Of a stretch of 64,000 bases of DNA, positions 8,427 through 17,632 are shown piece by piece. The notes under the pieces are model-generated. The model did no database searches and was not told the DNA's origin. It saw only the letters and a program-made list of their open reading frames with translations. A program made the translations under genes and the position numbers. This stretch comes from an uncultured Anaerolineaceae bacterium. GTDB lineage: Bacteria; Chloroflexota; Anaerolineae; Anaerolineales; Villigracilaceae. The stretch covers positions 3,036-67,035 of the forward strand of contig CAZGFR010000004.1 of the NCBI GenBank assembly GCA_964524485.1, read 5' to 3'. Positions within the stretch are counted from its first letter, which is position 1; every line of letters begins with the position of its first letter.

Positions 8427-9293
8427 TTACTTGAGGTATTTTCCAACCAGCAAATCCAGTTTTTGCCGCGTGGCGGGCGGGATGCGGTCGGGGCGGGTGA
8501 TGAGCGCGTCGGCCAGGGCGTGCTGGCAGGCGCAATCCCGTTCGGGGGTGAAGTCACGCGCCAGCAGGTGGATGGCCTCCTGCGCGATCTCGGTGTTCTT
8601 GTTGAGGGTCTGGATGACCATCTCCACCGTGACGGGCGCGGCGCTGACGTGCCACACGTCGTAGTCGGTGATGTGGGCCATCACGGCGTAGCACATCTCG
8701 GCCTCGCGCGCCAGAAAGGCCTCGGGTGAGGTGGTCATGCCGATTAGCGACATGCCCCACGAGCGGTAGGTGGTGGATTCGGCCTTGGTCGAGAAGCGTG
8801 GCCCCTCGATGGTGATGAAGGTCCCGCCGCGATGAATGGTCGCGCCCGCCTCGCGGGTGACCGACTCGAGTTGGTCGGAGAGTTCCTTGCAGAATGGATC
8901 GGCGATGCTGACATGCGCCACAAGTCCCTCGCCGAAGAAGGTCCGCTCGCGGCCTTTGGTGTTGTCGAAGATCTGGTCGGGGATGACGATGTGCCCGGGC
9001 GCGTAATCGTCGCGCAGGGAGCCGCAGGCGCTCACGCTGATGACCTGTTTCGCGCCGAGCGACTTGAGCGCGTGGATGTTGGCTCGGTAGTTGACCTCGC
9101 TGGGCGTGATGTGGTGCCCCAGCCCGTGACGGGCCAGGAAGGCCACCCGCTGCCCCTCGAGCGTGCCCACCACGATGGGCGCACTCGGTTTCCCGAAGGG
9201 CGTATCGAGATCGTACTCTTTTGTGTCTTTCAGGCCGCTCATGCTATACAAGCCCGAGCCGCCAATCACAGCGAACGAAACAGTTTCAGTCAT
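8427..9293 (-). CDS. mtnP: S-methyl-5'-thioadenosine phosphorylase
   Basis: The protein reads VSFAVIGGSGLY..FGKPS..GTLEGQRVAFLARHGLGHHITPSEVNYRANIHALKSLG, which is typical of MTAP. ATG 9293 overlaps the upstream stop (GATGACTGA). The ORF-track start at 9305 is a TTG. Confidence 0.9.
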   Translation of the reverse strand: MTETVSFAVIGGSGLYSMSGLKDTKEYDLDTPFGKPSAPIVVGTLEGQRVAFLARHGLGHHITPSEVNYRANIHALKSLGAKQVISVSACGSLRDDYAPGHIVIPDQIFDNTKGRERTFFGEGLVAHVSIADPFCKELSDQLESVTREAGATIHRGGTFITIEGPRFSTKAESTTYRSWGMSLIGMTTSPEAFLAREAEMCYAVMAHITDYDVWHVSAAPVTVEMVIQTLNKNTEIAQEAIHLLARDFTPERDCACQHALADALITRPDRIPPATRQKLDLLVGKYLK

Positions 9294-9759
9294 CTTTGCT
9301 CCCAAGTCGCAGGGTGGGTGAGACCAACGCTTCAGCCGCCAGGTTGACCAGCAGGCTGGCCTCCCCGATGCTCACCTCGTCGCCCGAGGTCAGTACGGTG
9401 GGCTGGGTGAGCATTTCCTGGTTGAGGCGGGTGCCGTTGGTCGAGCCGAGGTCCTCGACCCACCACTGTCCGTGATGATAGGAAAAGCGCGCGTGGCGCG
9501 CGGAGACGGTCTCTTCGAAGATGGGGATGTCGCAGACGGGATCGCGCCCGAGCGTGATCTCGGGCTGGATGAAATGCTTCACGGCGATGGTCTCTCCCCC
9601 CGCGCGGACCGTCAGGCTGATTCCCGCCGCCCGGCGGTTGACCAGTCCCATGGCCTCGCGGCGCACGTCCCGCCAGAAGGCGAACAAGGCCCAGGCCAGG
9701 AAACCGTACAGGGCCAGGGCCAGCAGAAGGCGCAGGGCCAGGACGATGGGGCCGCTCAT
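9286..9759 (-). CDS. Membrane-anchored FHA-domain protein (FhaB/FipA-like)
   Basis: It has an N-terminal TM segment and a C-terminal FHA domain (ITLGRDPVCDIPIFEETVSARHARFSYHHGQWWVEDLGSTNGTRLN). Its start forms an ATGA overlap with the upstream gene. Confidence 0.8.
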   Translation of the reverse strand: MSGPIVLALRLLLALALYGFLAWALFAFWRDVRREAMGLVNRRAAGISLTVRAGGETIAVKHFIQPEITLGRDPVCDIPIFEETVSARHARFSYHHGQWWVEDLGSTNGTRLNQEMLTQPTVLTSGDEVSIGEASLLVNLAAEALVSPTLRLGSKDD

Positions 9760-10580
9760 TTCGGTTTGGTGAATTTGGCGGTGGAACGGTCTTTGAGGAT
9801 CGCCGTCGGGCGGTCCGAGGCGGCAGGGTTGAGCGGGGCGGTATCCACCAGGTCAGGGCGCTGGGGCGGGTTGTCCTGCCCGAAGATGAGCGCCACCCCC
9901 GCCAGCGAGATGACATCGCCCGGGTACAACACCGACTGGCTGGTGCGCTGTCCGTTGACGAAGGTGCCGCCCGTCGAGTTCAGGTCGAACAACACGAAGC
10001 GCCCGTTGATGGCCCGCAATTGAGCATGGTTGCGCGAAATGCGTGGGTCATCGATGACCAACTGGTTGTCCATGCGGCGGCCGATGTTGACAACGCTGGC
10101 CGTCAGCGGATAGACCTTGACGCCCTCGATGATCAGGAAGGCGTTTTCGGGAATATGGTCTGCCTCCTTCGGCGCCTGGGGAGTCTCGTTGGGCATGCCT
10201 TTTGTCTCAGCCATAGGTTCCACACGATGAGAGGCCAGCACACTGGCGTCGTTCTGGGGATGGGATGCGTCGGTCGAAATGGTGATCGCAGGCGGCGAGG
10301 CAAATTGCAAGCCCGCCTCCTGTCCCGCCGACTTGAGAGCCTCGATCAGGGTTTCCAGCAGGTGTGGGTCCTGCCAGCGGGTCGCATCCTCAGGGTTCAC
10401 GATGATGGTGTACACGTTCGGCGCCAGGTCCCCGCCGTCCGTCTGTTGCACAAGGTTGCCCTGCATCGCGGCAGCCAGTTTCTGAGATACGCGGGATTCC
10501 ACGCTCTGGCCCGGCAGGACGCTCATCAACCGCACCTCGATCAGATTTTGCAGGCGGGCTTCCAGGTCGTTGAGATTCAT
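9756..10580 (-). CDS. FhaA-like protein (DUF3662-type N-domain + C-terminal FHA domain)
   Basis: The N-terminus reads MNLNDLEARLQNLIE..PNVYTIIVNPEDATRW. The C-terminal FHA domain reads VVNIGRRMDNQLVIDDPRISRNHAQLRAINGRFVLFDLNSTGGTFVNGQR. The start is taken at ATG 10580. Confidence 0.8.
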   Translation of the reverse strand: MNLNDLEARLQNLIEVRLMSVLPGQSVESRVSQKLAAAMQGNLVQQTDGGDLAPNVYTIIVNPEDATRWQDPHLLETLIEALKSAGQEAGLQFASPPAITISTDASHPQNDASVLASHRVEPMAETKGMPNETPQAPKEADHIPENAFLIIEGVKVYPLTASVVNIGRRMDNQLVIDDPRISRNHAQLRAINGRFVLFDLNSTGGTFVNGQRTSQSVLYPGDVISLAGVALIFGQDNPPQRPDLVDTAPLNPAASDRPTAILKDRSTAKFTKPK

Positions 10581-10590
10581 AGGTAAAAGC

Positions 10591-10619
10591 ATTATAGAAG
10601 GTCAAAGGGGATTCCGCAA
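10591..10619 (-). promoter_or_regulatory. Candidate sigma70 promoter (TTGCGG -17- TATAAT) only 10 nt upstream of the fhaA-like ATG
   Basis: The minus strand reads ggcTTGCGGaatcccctttgaccttcTATAATgcttttacctATG. There is no SD in the 10-nt gap. Confidence 0.45.
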
Positions 10620-10657
10620 GCCTTGTCCCTGGCCCACTGCTCCTACTCAAACGGATG

Positions 10658-10684
10658 AAAAAAACTCCCCCGCGCGGGGGGAGT
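10658..10684 (-). terminator. Rho-independent terminator of the zinc-ribbon gene
   Basis: The minus strand reads actcccccc-gcgc-gggggagt followed by T7. On the plus strand this is an A7 run at 10658-10664 followed by the stem-loop at 10664-10684. Confidence 0.75.
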
Positions 10685-10689
10685 GGAAT

Positions 10690-11274
10690 TTACAGGCGGT
10701 TTCCGCAGTTCGGGCATTGTTTCTCGCCCGCCTTGACCACGAAGCCGCAGTTGGGGCAGGTCCCCGGTTGGACCTTACCTAGCGGCGCGCCGCACGCGAC
10801 GCACGACGGCTCGCCGACCGGGTTGGCCGTGCCGCAGTATTCGCATTCCATGCGGCGCAGGCGCTCGGAGAGCCTTTTTGAAGCGCCGCGGGCCTGGGCG
10901 CTGGAGGCGATCACCTGCCAGACGCGGTCGCTGAGGGTCAGGTTTTCGATGTCCTGGGCCAGGTCGTCTAGGCGGCCGAGCAGGGCGAAGGGGTTTCGCA
11001 GGGCGGAGAGGGCGGTGGTCCCCAGGCTGGCGGCCACGCCGAACCAGGCCTGTTGGCCGATCTCGGCCATGACTCCATCCTCGAACTTCTGGATCGAGAC
11101 CGTCATGGCGGTGTCGCCGCCCGAAGCCGCCCCGGGGCGGGTGCTGATCTGCACGATCATCTTGTCGCCGTTGCCGAGGGTCTGGGCGCGCAGGTTGCCG
11201 CGGTTGAACTCCGCCAGAAGAGCCTGCGCCACTTCTGCTGGGGTGATATCGCCGTGAAAAACTTTTCGGTCCAT
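10690..11274 (-). CDS. Double zinc-ribbon protein with ~130-aa N-terminal domain of unknown function
   Basis: From ATG 11274 the protein reads MDRKVFHGDITPAEVAQALLAEF. Its C-terminus carries CEYCGTANPVGEPSCVACGAPL and CPNCGFVVKAGEKQCPNCG. The 99-codon extension in the ORF track overlaps the divergent gene and is rejected. Confidence 0.6.
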   Translation of the reverse strand: MDRKVFHGDITPAEVAQALLAEFNRGNLRAQTLGNGDKMIVQISTRPGAASGGDTAMTVSIQKFEDGVMAEIGQQAWFGVAASLGTTALSALRNPFALLGRLDDLAQDIENLTLSDRVWQVIASSAQARGASKRLSERLRRMECEYCGTANPVGEPSCVACGAPLGKVQPGTCPNCGFVVKAGEKQCPNCGNRL

Positions 11275-11281
11275 GTTTTCG

Positions 11282-11289
11282 ATTATAAT
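11282..11289. promoter_or_regulatory. Palindromic ATTATAAT box giving a TATAAT -10 hexamer on both strands of a 51-nt divergent intergenic region
   Basis: gattataatc (11281-11290) is its own reverse complement. On the minus strand TATAAT ends 7 nt before ATG 11274. On the plus strand it lies 36 nt before ATG 11326. Confidence 0.35.
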
Positions 11290-11325
11290 CGCCTTTGCGA
11301 TTCTCCTTAATCCATACCTACGAAT

Positions 11326-11949
11326 ATGAAGAGAAACTGGTTTCAACCCCTGCTTGGGCTGCTTATTTTTGTTGCCGTTTTCGGGCTGATGCTGGCCGCC
11401 CCCGGTCAGATCATTGCGCGCGCCCAGCAGCCGACAGGCTCCGTCCCCACGGTGACCGGCACGCCGGTGGCGGCCTACATTATCGTCAACTCCGACCAGG
11501 AGCAGATCAACGTGCGTGGCGGCCCGTCCACCTACCTGTACCCGCCCATTGGCGTGCTCCTCGCGGGGCAACAGGTCCCGGCCGTGGGACGTTCGCCCGG
11601 CGGCGACTGGATCCAGATCGTCTACCCGGGCGTGCCCGGCTCGGTGGGATGGGTCTATGCCCCGCTGGTGAAGATCTCGCCCGGCGCGAACCTGCCCATC
11701 GTCGAGCCGCCGCCTACGCCCACCCCGGTCTCGACCCCGACCATTGACCCCACGCTGCAGGCCGCTTTCATCACCCCCGAGGCTGCCACCCGCATGCCCA
11801 CCTATACGCCGCCCGCGCCGTTGGCCATCCCCACCTTCACGGACGCCAGCTCCGCACCCAGCGGAATCCCGATGGGCCTGCTGATCTTCGGCCTCGGCTT
11901 CATCGGCGCCCTGGGACTGGTCATCTCCTTCGTCCGCGGCGGACGCTAA
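11326..11949 (+). CDS. Exported SH3b-domain protein with C-terminal membrane anchor
   Basis: A signal peptide is followed by an SH3b-like segment (INVRGGPSTYLYPPIGVLLAGQQVPAVGRSPGGDWIQIVYPG). A Pro/Thr-rich linker and a C-terminal TM segment (GLLIFGLGFIGALGLVISFV) follow. Confidence 0.6.
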   Translation: MKRNWFQPLLGLLIFVAVFGLMLAAPGQIIARAQQPTGSVPTVTGTPVAAYIIVNSDQEQINVRGGPSTYLYPPIGVLLAGQQVPAVGRSPGGDWIQIVYPGVPGSVGWVYAPLVKISPGANLPIVEPPPTPTPVSTPTIDPTLQAAFITPEAATRMPTYTPPAPLAIPTFTDASSAPSGIPMGLLIFGLGFIGALGLVISFVRGGR

Positions 11950-11967
11950 TCACGCAGGAATCAAAAA

Positions 11968-11991
11968 GACCGACGTGCGTCGGTCTTTTTT
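11968..11991. terminator. Bidirectional rho-independent terminator between convergent genes
   Basis: Stem gaccgac (11968-11974) / gtcggtc (11979-11985), loop gtgc, then T6. An A5 run lies upstream. Confidence 0.7.
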
Positions 11992-12006
11992 GTTGTCAAG
12001 ATTTCG

Positions 12007-12384
12007 CTAGTTCTGGCAGGAGCAGGAACCGCCGCAGCCACAGCCTTCTTCGCCGTGGTCGTGACCCTTCTTGGCAGACGGGCTGTCCACGAGGAAGCCC
12101 GCGCCGTGGGTCGGGTCATTGACGAAGTCCACGGTGGCGCCGCGCAGGTAGTCGATAGAAACGTTGTCCACGACCACTTTGATGCCGTTGCTGTCGAAGG
12201 TGGTGTCCACGTCGCGGAAGTTGTTGTCGAGCGCCATGCCGAAGTTCACACTGCAGCATCCGCCGCCCGCCACGTACACACGCAGGGCGTAGCCTTCGAG
12301 CTTGCGCTCGTCCATGATATTTTTGACAGCCTGGGCGGCTGAGGTGGTGATGGTCAGGGTCTGGGTTTCGATTTCCTGTAACAT
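12007..12384 (-). CDS. HesB/IscA-family iron-sulfur cluster insertion protein with Cys/Gly-rich tail
   Basis: The protein reads ITTSAAQAVKNIM..GYALRVYVAGGGCCSVNFGMAL..IDYLRGATVDFVND and ends in the tail GCGCGGSCSCQN. ATG 12384 has an AGGAGA SD. The consensus promoter lies inside the ORF-track extension. Confidence 0.85.
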   Translation of the reverse strand: MLQEIETQTLTITTSAAQAVKNIMDERKLEGYALRVYVAGGGCCSVNFGMALDNNFRDVDTTFDSNGIKVVVDNVSIDYLRGATVDFVNDPTHGAGFLVDSPSAKKGHDHGEEGCGCGGSCSCQN

Positions 12385-12418
12385 GTTCGTCTCCTGTGAT
12401 TCAGGGGTAAGTGGATGG

Positions 12419-12447
12419 ATATTATCAGAATTTAGCAGGGCTGTCAA
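12419..12447 (-). promoter_or_regulatory. Near-consensus sigma70 promoter for the HesB/IscA gene (TTGACA -17- TAATAT)
   Basis: The minus strand reads gcgTTGACAgccctgctaaattctgaTAATATcc. On the plus strand these are tgtcaa at 12442-12447 and atatta at 12419-12424. Confidence 0.6.
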
Positions 12448-12457
12448 CGCAAAAATA

Positions 12458-12660
12458 TCAGAGCGCCCAGGCCAGCATCAGGCCGAAGAGGGCGACCACC
12501 AATCCGATGTGCAGGAACAGGTTGGAGGTCAGCAGGATGTTGCCTGCGGGCAGCAGGAATTGCAGGAGCAGATTCAGCAGGATGAGCCCGATGCCGAGCA
12601 GCGGCAGGAGTCCCTTGCGGTGGGCCAGGTATTCGGACAGAACATCAAGCAGTTTTGACA

Positions 12661-12661
<1 letters not shown>
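12458..12661 (-). CDS. Small (67 aa) two-TM membrane protein, translationally coupled to hflX
   Basis: The sequence is hydrophobic (LLPLLGIGLILLNLLLQFLL..LFLHIGLVVALFGLMLAWAL). Its ATG overlaps the hflX TGA (TGATG at 12659-12663). Confidence 0.45.
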
Positions 12662-14059
<1,398 letters not shown>

Positions 14060-14079
<20 letters not shown>

Positions 14080-15316
14080 CAGGTTGTATACGGCTCGAGT
14101 CTAAACTGTCGAATAATTTGGTCAGGCGCGGATCGATGGCGTCGGAGCGCGCGGGGATCAGGACATGGAATGTGGAACCAGGCATTTTCTTTTCATCGTG
14201 ACCTTCCGATTCGACCCAGATGGTACCGCCATGTGCTTCCACGATACCGCGCGCGATGGCCAGTCCCAGGCCTGGCCCGCCGCCTTTGAACTTGGTCTTG
14301 CCGCTGGAGTGCAGGTCCACGCGGCCCAACTGGCCGAACTTCTCGAAGATCAAGGCCTGGTTCTCGGGCGAGATGCCGATGCCTGTATCTGCGATGGTGA
14401 CCTCGATGAAGCCTGGCAGGGTGCGGCCGTTGATGAAGATGGAGCCCTTGTCGGGTGTGAACTTGATGGCGTTGCTCAGGATATTGCGCAGGGCCTGGTA
14501 CAGGCGTTCGGGGTCGGCAAAGATCCAGGTGTCGCTGCCGCTGAACTTCCTCAGGTCCAGGTTTTGCTGGCGTTCGAGGATGGTGGGCATCAACTCATTG
14601 CGGAGCAGGTCCAGCAGTTGGCCGATCTGGACGGGCTGCAAATTCAGCGAGAGCAGGTGGTTGTCGATCAACGAGACGTCGATCATGTCGTCCACGATCT
14701 GGCGCAGGCGGTTGATGCCGCCGTTCATGCCTTCCAGCAGGTTGTCGATGGTCTTTTGCTGGAGCGACGCCGCCAGGTCGCGGATCATCGAGGCGTAGCC
14801 CTCGATCAGGGTCAGCGGGGTCTTCAACTCGTGGGCCGCCACCGCGATGAAGCCCGACTTGCTGCGGTCGAGCTGTTCCATCTTCTTTTGCACGTCCGAC
14901 ATCTCGGTGGAGATGTGGGTCAGGCGGGTCTCCATCTCGTACCGCGAGACGACCTCCAGGCCGTAGCTGAAGACGGGAATGACCGTGGCGATATAGTCGA
15001 GCGCATCCTGCTCGCTCAGGGTCTCGCGGGCCACTTCGATGGTGAGGCTCAGGATGCGGTTCATCACGAAGGCCACGTGATACTGGCCCTGGTCGAGGTC
15101 GGTCTCGGTGGGGGAGCGCGCCCAGTCATACAGGATCGGCTCCAGCCAGGCCGAGTCGCCTGTGATGACCGCCTGCACCATCAGATCGTAGAAACGTCCG
15201 AGTTCGGCGACAAAGCTTTCGCGCACCCCTGTCCCGCGGGCAAGGGTTTGAGAGACGCGCTGAATCCAGGGTTCACGGACCTGGGTGAGAAGTTCGGGAA
15301 CGATCATTTCTCCCAA
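14060..15316 (-). CDS. Cytoplasmic sensor histidine kinase
   Basis: It has a HisKA H-box (FIAVAAHELKTPLT), an N box (LRNILSNAIKFT) and G boxes (DTGIGI, GGPGLGLAI). No TM segments are visible. The start is uncertain: 15316 is a TTG and an ATG lies at 15307. Its 3' end overlaps hflX by 20 nt. Confidence 0.85.
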
Positions 15317-15349
15317 GTGTACGCCGACTTTGTCAGTTTGAACATGATA

Positions 15350-16255
15350 CTAACGTTGACGATTTTGTTGGGCAATCCATTCCAGCAGGGTCGCGCCGAC
15401 CGCCTGCAGGCTGGCCGCCGACACCTTGTCGGGCGTGTCTTCGAGGGTGTGCCAGTAGGGGTAGTCGAAGTCGATGATGTCCACGGCGGGCAGGCCTGCT
15501 TCGAGGAAGGGCGTGTGGTCGTCCTCCATGCTGTATTTTTCCTGATCGATGAAAACGTCTCCGTAGCCGAGCTTGGCGGCCACGGCCCAGATCTCATCGC
15601 GGATGGCGGGCGTGGAATTACGCTCCTTGTACAGGTTCAGGTCCGCATCGCCGACCATATCCACGATGACCACGGCGCGCGGCGTGAGGGCCGGGTTCTG
15701 TTGGACGAAGGCGCGCGAGCCAAGGATCCAGTCCCAGCCATCGATGCGGCCATTATCCTCGGCGTCGAAGAACACCAGCCAGGTGGGGACGCTTTCCTTG
15801 GGCAGGGCGCGCGCCATCTCGAGCAGCACGGCTACACCCGAGGCGCCGTCATTCGCGCCTGGAACGGGCTGATCGTGATTCTTCGGCGCGGGGTCGTTGT
15901 CGGCGAAGAAGCGGGTGTCGTAGTGAGCGCCGAGGAGGATTTGTGGTGCTTCGTCATTGCGGCGGGCGACGATGTTCTCGACGGGGTGTCCCATCCTCTC
16001 GCTGGATTGGATCTCGACGATCCAGCCCGCCGCCTCCAGCTCGGACATGATCCATGTCTGGACTTGGGCATGGCCCTCGGACCCAGGCGTGCGCGGCCCG
16101 AAAGCGACCTGCGTCTGCACGTCGGCCAGGGCGCGCTCGCCGCTGAACGGGTCGGGGGTCACGGAGTCCAGCCAGAAGGAATAGCCATACCAGCCGATGA
16201 CGACGACCAGCAGGGCGGCGATGACGAAGATATAGATTTGGCTGCGTTTATTCAT
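15350..16255 (-). CDS. M28-family metallopeptidase / glutaminyl-cyclase-like protein, membrane anchored
   Basis: It carries the motifs [33 protein letters not shown] and DDHTPF, plus an N-terminal TM segment. The start is taken at ATG 16255 ([10 protein letters not shown]). Confidence 0.75.
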   Translation of the reverse strand: MNKRSQIYIFVIAALLVVVIGWYGYSFWLDSVTPDPFSGERALADVQTQVAFGPRTPGSEGHAQVQTWIMSELEAAGWIVEIQSSERMGHPVENIVARRNDEAPQILLGAHYDTRFFADNDPAPKNHDQPVPGANDGASGVAVLLEMARALPKESVPTWLVFFDAEDNGRIDGWDWILGSRAFVQQNPALTPRAVVIVDMVGDADLNLYKERNSTPAIRDEIWAVAAKLGYGDVFIDQEKYSMEDDHTPFLEAGLPAVDIIDFDYPYWHTLEDTPDKVSAASLQAVGATLLEWIAQQNRQR

Positions 16256-17588
16256 GTTGAGAAAGATAAGTCTCCAGGTCGCGCAGGGCGCGCTCGGCAT
16301 GCGCCGCTCCGCGTTCGCGCTTGCCGTGCTTGCCCGTCAGGACCAGCGGCGGCAGGATTCCGAAATTCGCCTTCATCGGCTGGAAGTCCTTCAAGTCCGC
16401 GTGGGTGACGTAGTGACACAGCGCGCCCAGCATGGTGGTCTCGGGCAAGGTCAGCGGAACCTGTCCCTTCAACAGCCGCGCGGCGTTGATGCCCGCCAGC
16501 GCGCCCGTGGCGATGTTGCCCATGTAACCTTCCACGCCCGTGATCTGGCCCGCGAAGAACAGGTCCTCGCGCTGGATATGCTGCAAGGTGGGACGCAGCA
16601 GTTTGGGTGAAGCGATGAAGGTGTTGCGGTGCATCTGCCCATAGCGGACGAATTCCGCGTTCTCCAGACCAGGGATCATGCGCAGCACACGGCGCTGTTC
16701 GGGGAATTTCAAGTTGGTCTGGAAGCCGACCATGTTGTACAGGCTGCCTGCCAGGTTGTCCTGCCGCAGCTGGACCACGGCCCACGGGCGGTGTCCCGTA
16801 CGCGGATCGGTCAGGCCCACGGGGCGCATCGGGCCAAAGGCCAGCGAGTCGCGTCCGCGCGCAGCGATGATCTCCACAGGCAGACAGCCCTCGAAGAAAT
16901 GTCCCGCCTTCACGCCCTCGCGGATGGCTTCCTCGAAGGAGCGCAACTCGATACGCTCAGCGGTTTGCAACGCTTCGACAAAGGCCAGATATTCTTCCTT
17001 GTTGAACGGACAGTTGATGTAATCGCCCTCGTCTTGCTCGCCTGCGCCGTAGCGCGAGGCGCGGAAGGCGATGTCCATGTTGATCGAGTCGGCGGCAATG
17101 ACGGGCGCAATGGCATCGAAGAAGAACAGATGCTCCTCGCCGCTCAACGCCGCGATCGACCTGGATAGACTGTCCGAGGTGAGCGGCCCGCTGGCTACGA
17201 TGACAGGTGTGGAGGGAATCTCCTTCACCTCCTCGCGCACCAGCTCGATATTGGGATGCGCCTCGATGCGTGCGGTGACCAGGCGCGCAAAGCCCTCACG
17301 GTCCACGGCCAGCGCGCCGCCTGCGGGCAGCGCGGCTTCTTCCGCGCAATCGAGCAGCAGGGAGCCGAGACGGCGCAACTCGTTCTTCAGTACACCCGAG
17401 GCGCGGTCGGCTAAATTCGAGCCGAGCGAGTTCGAGCAGACCAGCTCCGCCAGGTCGCCTGTTTGATGTGCGCCTGTGGGCGAGGCGGGACGCATTTCGT
17501 AGAGTCGGACGTTCAGTCCGCGTTGGGCGGCTTGATAGGCGGCTTCGCTGCCTGCCAATCCGCCGCCGATAACGATGAGATCAACCAT
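16248..17588 (-). CDS. trmFO: Folate-dependent tRNA (uracil54-C5)-methyltransferase
   Basis: [34 protein letters not shown] is an FAD-binding GxGxxG. The Gid/TrmFO-type length and motifs hold throughout. Confidence 0.9.
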   Translation of the reverse strand: MVDLIVIGGGLAGSEAAYQAAQRGLNVRLYEMRPASPTGAHQTGDLAELVCSNSLGSNLADRASGVLKNELRRLGSLLLDCAEEAALPAGGALAVDREGFARLVTARIEAHPNIELVREEVKEIPSTPVIVASGPLTSDSLSRSIAALSGEEHLFFFDAIAPVIAADSINMDIAFRASRYGAGEQDEGDYINCPFNKEEYLAFVEALQTAERIELRSFEEAIREGVKAGHFFEGCLPVEIIAARGRDSLAFGPMRPVGLTDPRTGHRPWAVVQLRQDNLAGSLYNMVGFQTNLKFPEQRRVLRMIPGLENAEFVRYGQMHRNTFIASPKLLRPTLQHIQREDLFFAGQITGVEGYMGNIATGALAGINAARLLKGQVPLTLPETTMLGALCHYVTHADLKDFQPMKANFGILPPLVLTGKHGKRERGAAHAERALRDLETYLSQHE

Positions 17589-17595
17589 GAAATGT

Positions 17596-17604
17596 ATTGT
17601 ACCA
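17596..17604 (-). promoter_or_regulatory. Extended -10 element (TGgTACAAT) 7 nt upstream of the trmFO ATG
   Basis: The minus strand reads ccccgaTGGTACAATacatttcATG. The 7-nt gap contains no SD. Confidence 0.45.
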
Positions 17605-17617
17605 TCGGGGTCTGCTG

Positions 17618-17623
17618 TATAAT
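17618..17623 (+). promoter_or_regulatory. TATAAT -10 hexamer 9 nt upstream of the first ATG of the GAF kinase gene
   Basis: The sequence reads ctgctgTATAATttataccgtATG. The -35 is weak (TTGTAC, 15-nt spacer). Confidence 0.35.
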
Positions 17624-17632
17624 TTATACCGT

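Noticed and set aside
14165-16408. 747-aa plus-strand ORF antisense to the histidine kinase, M28 peptidase and trmFO genes
   Set aside because: It spans three well-supported genes on the opposite strand and is rich in V/G/D/A/L/H with no recognisable domain. It has no start-site signals. I treat it as a GC-driven open frame.
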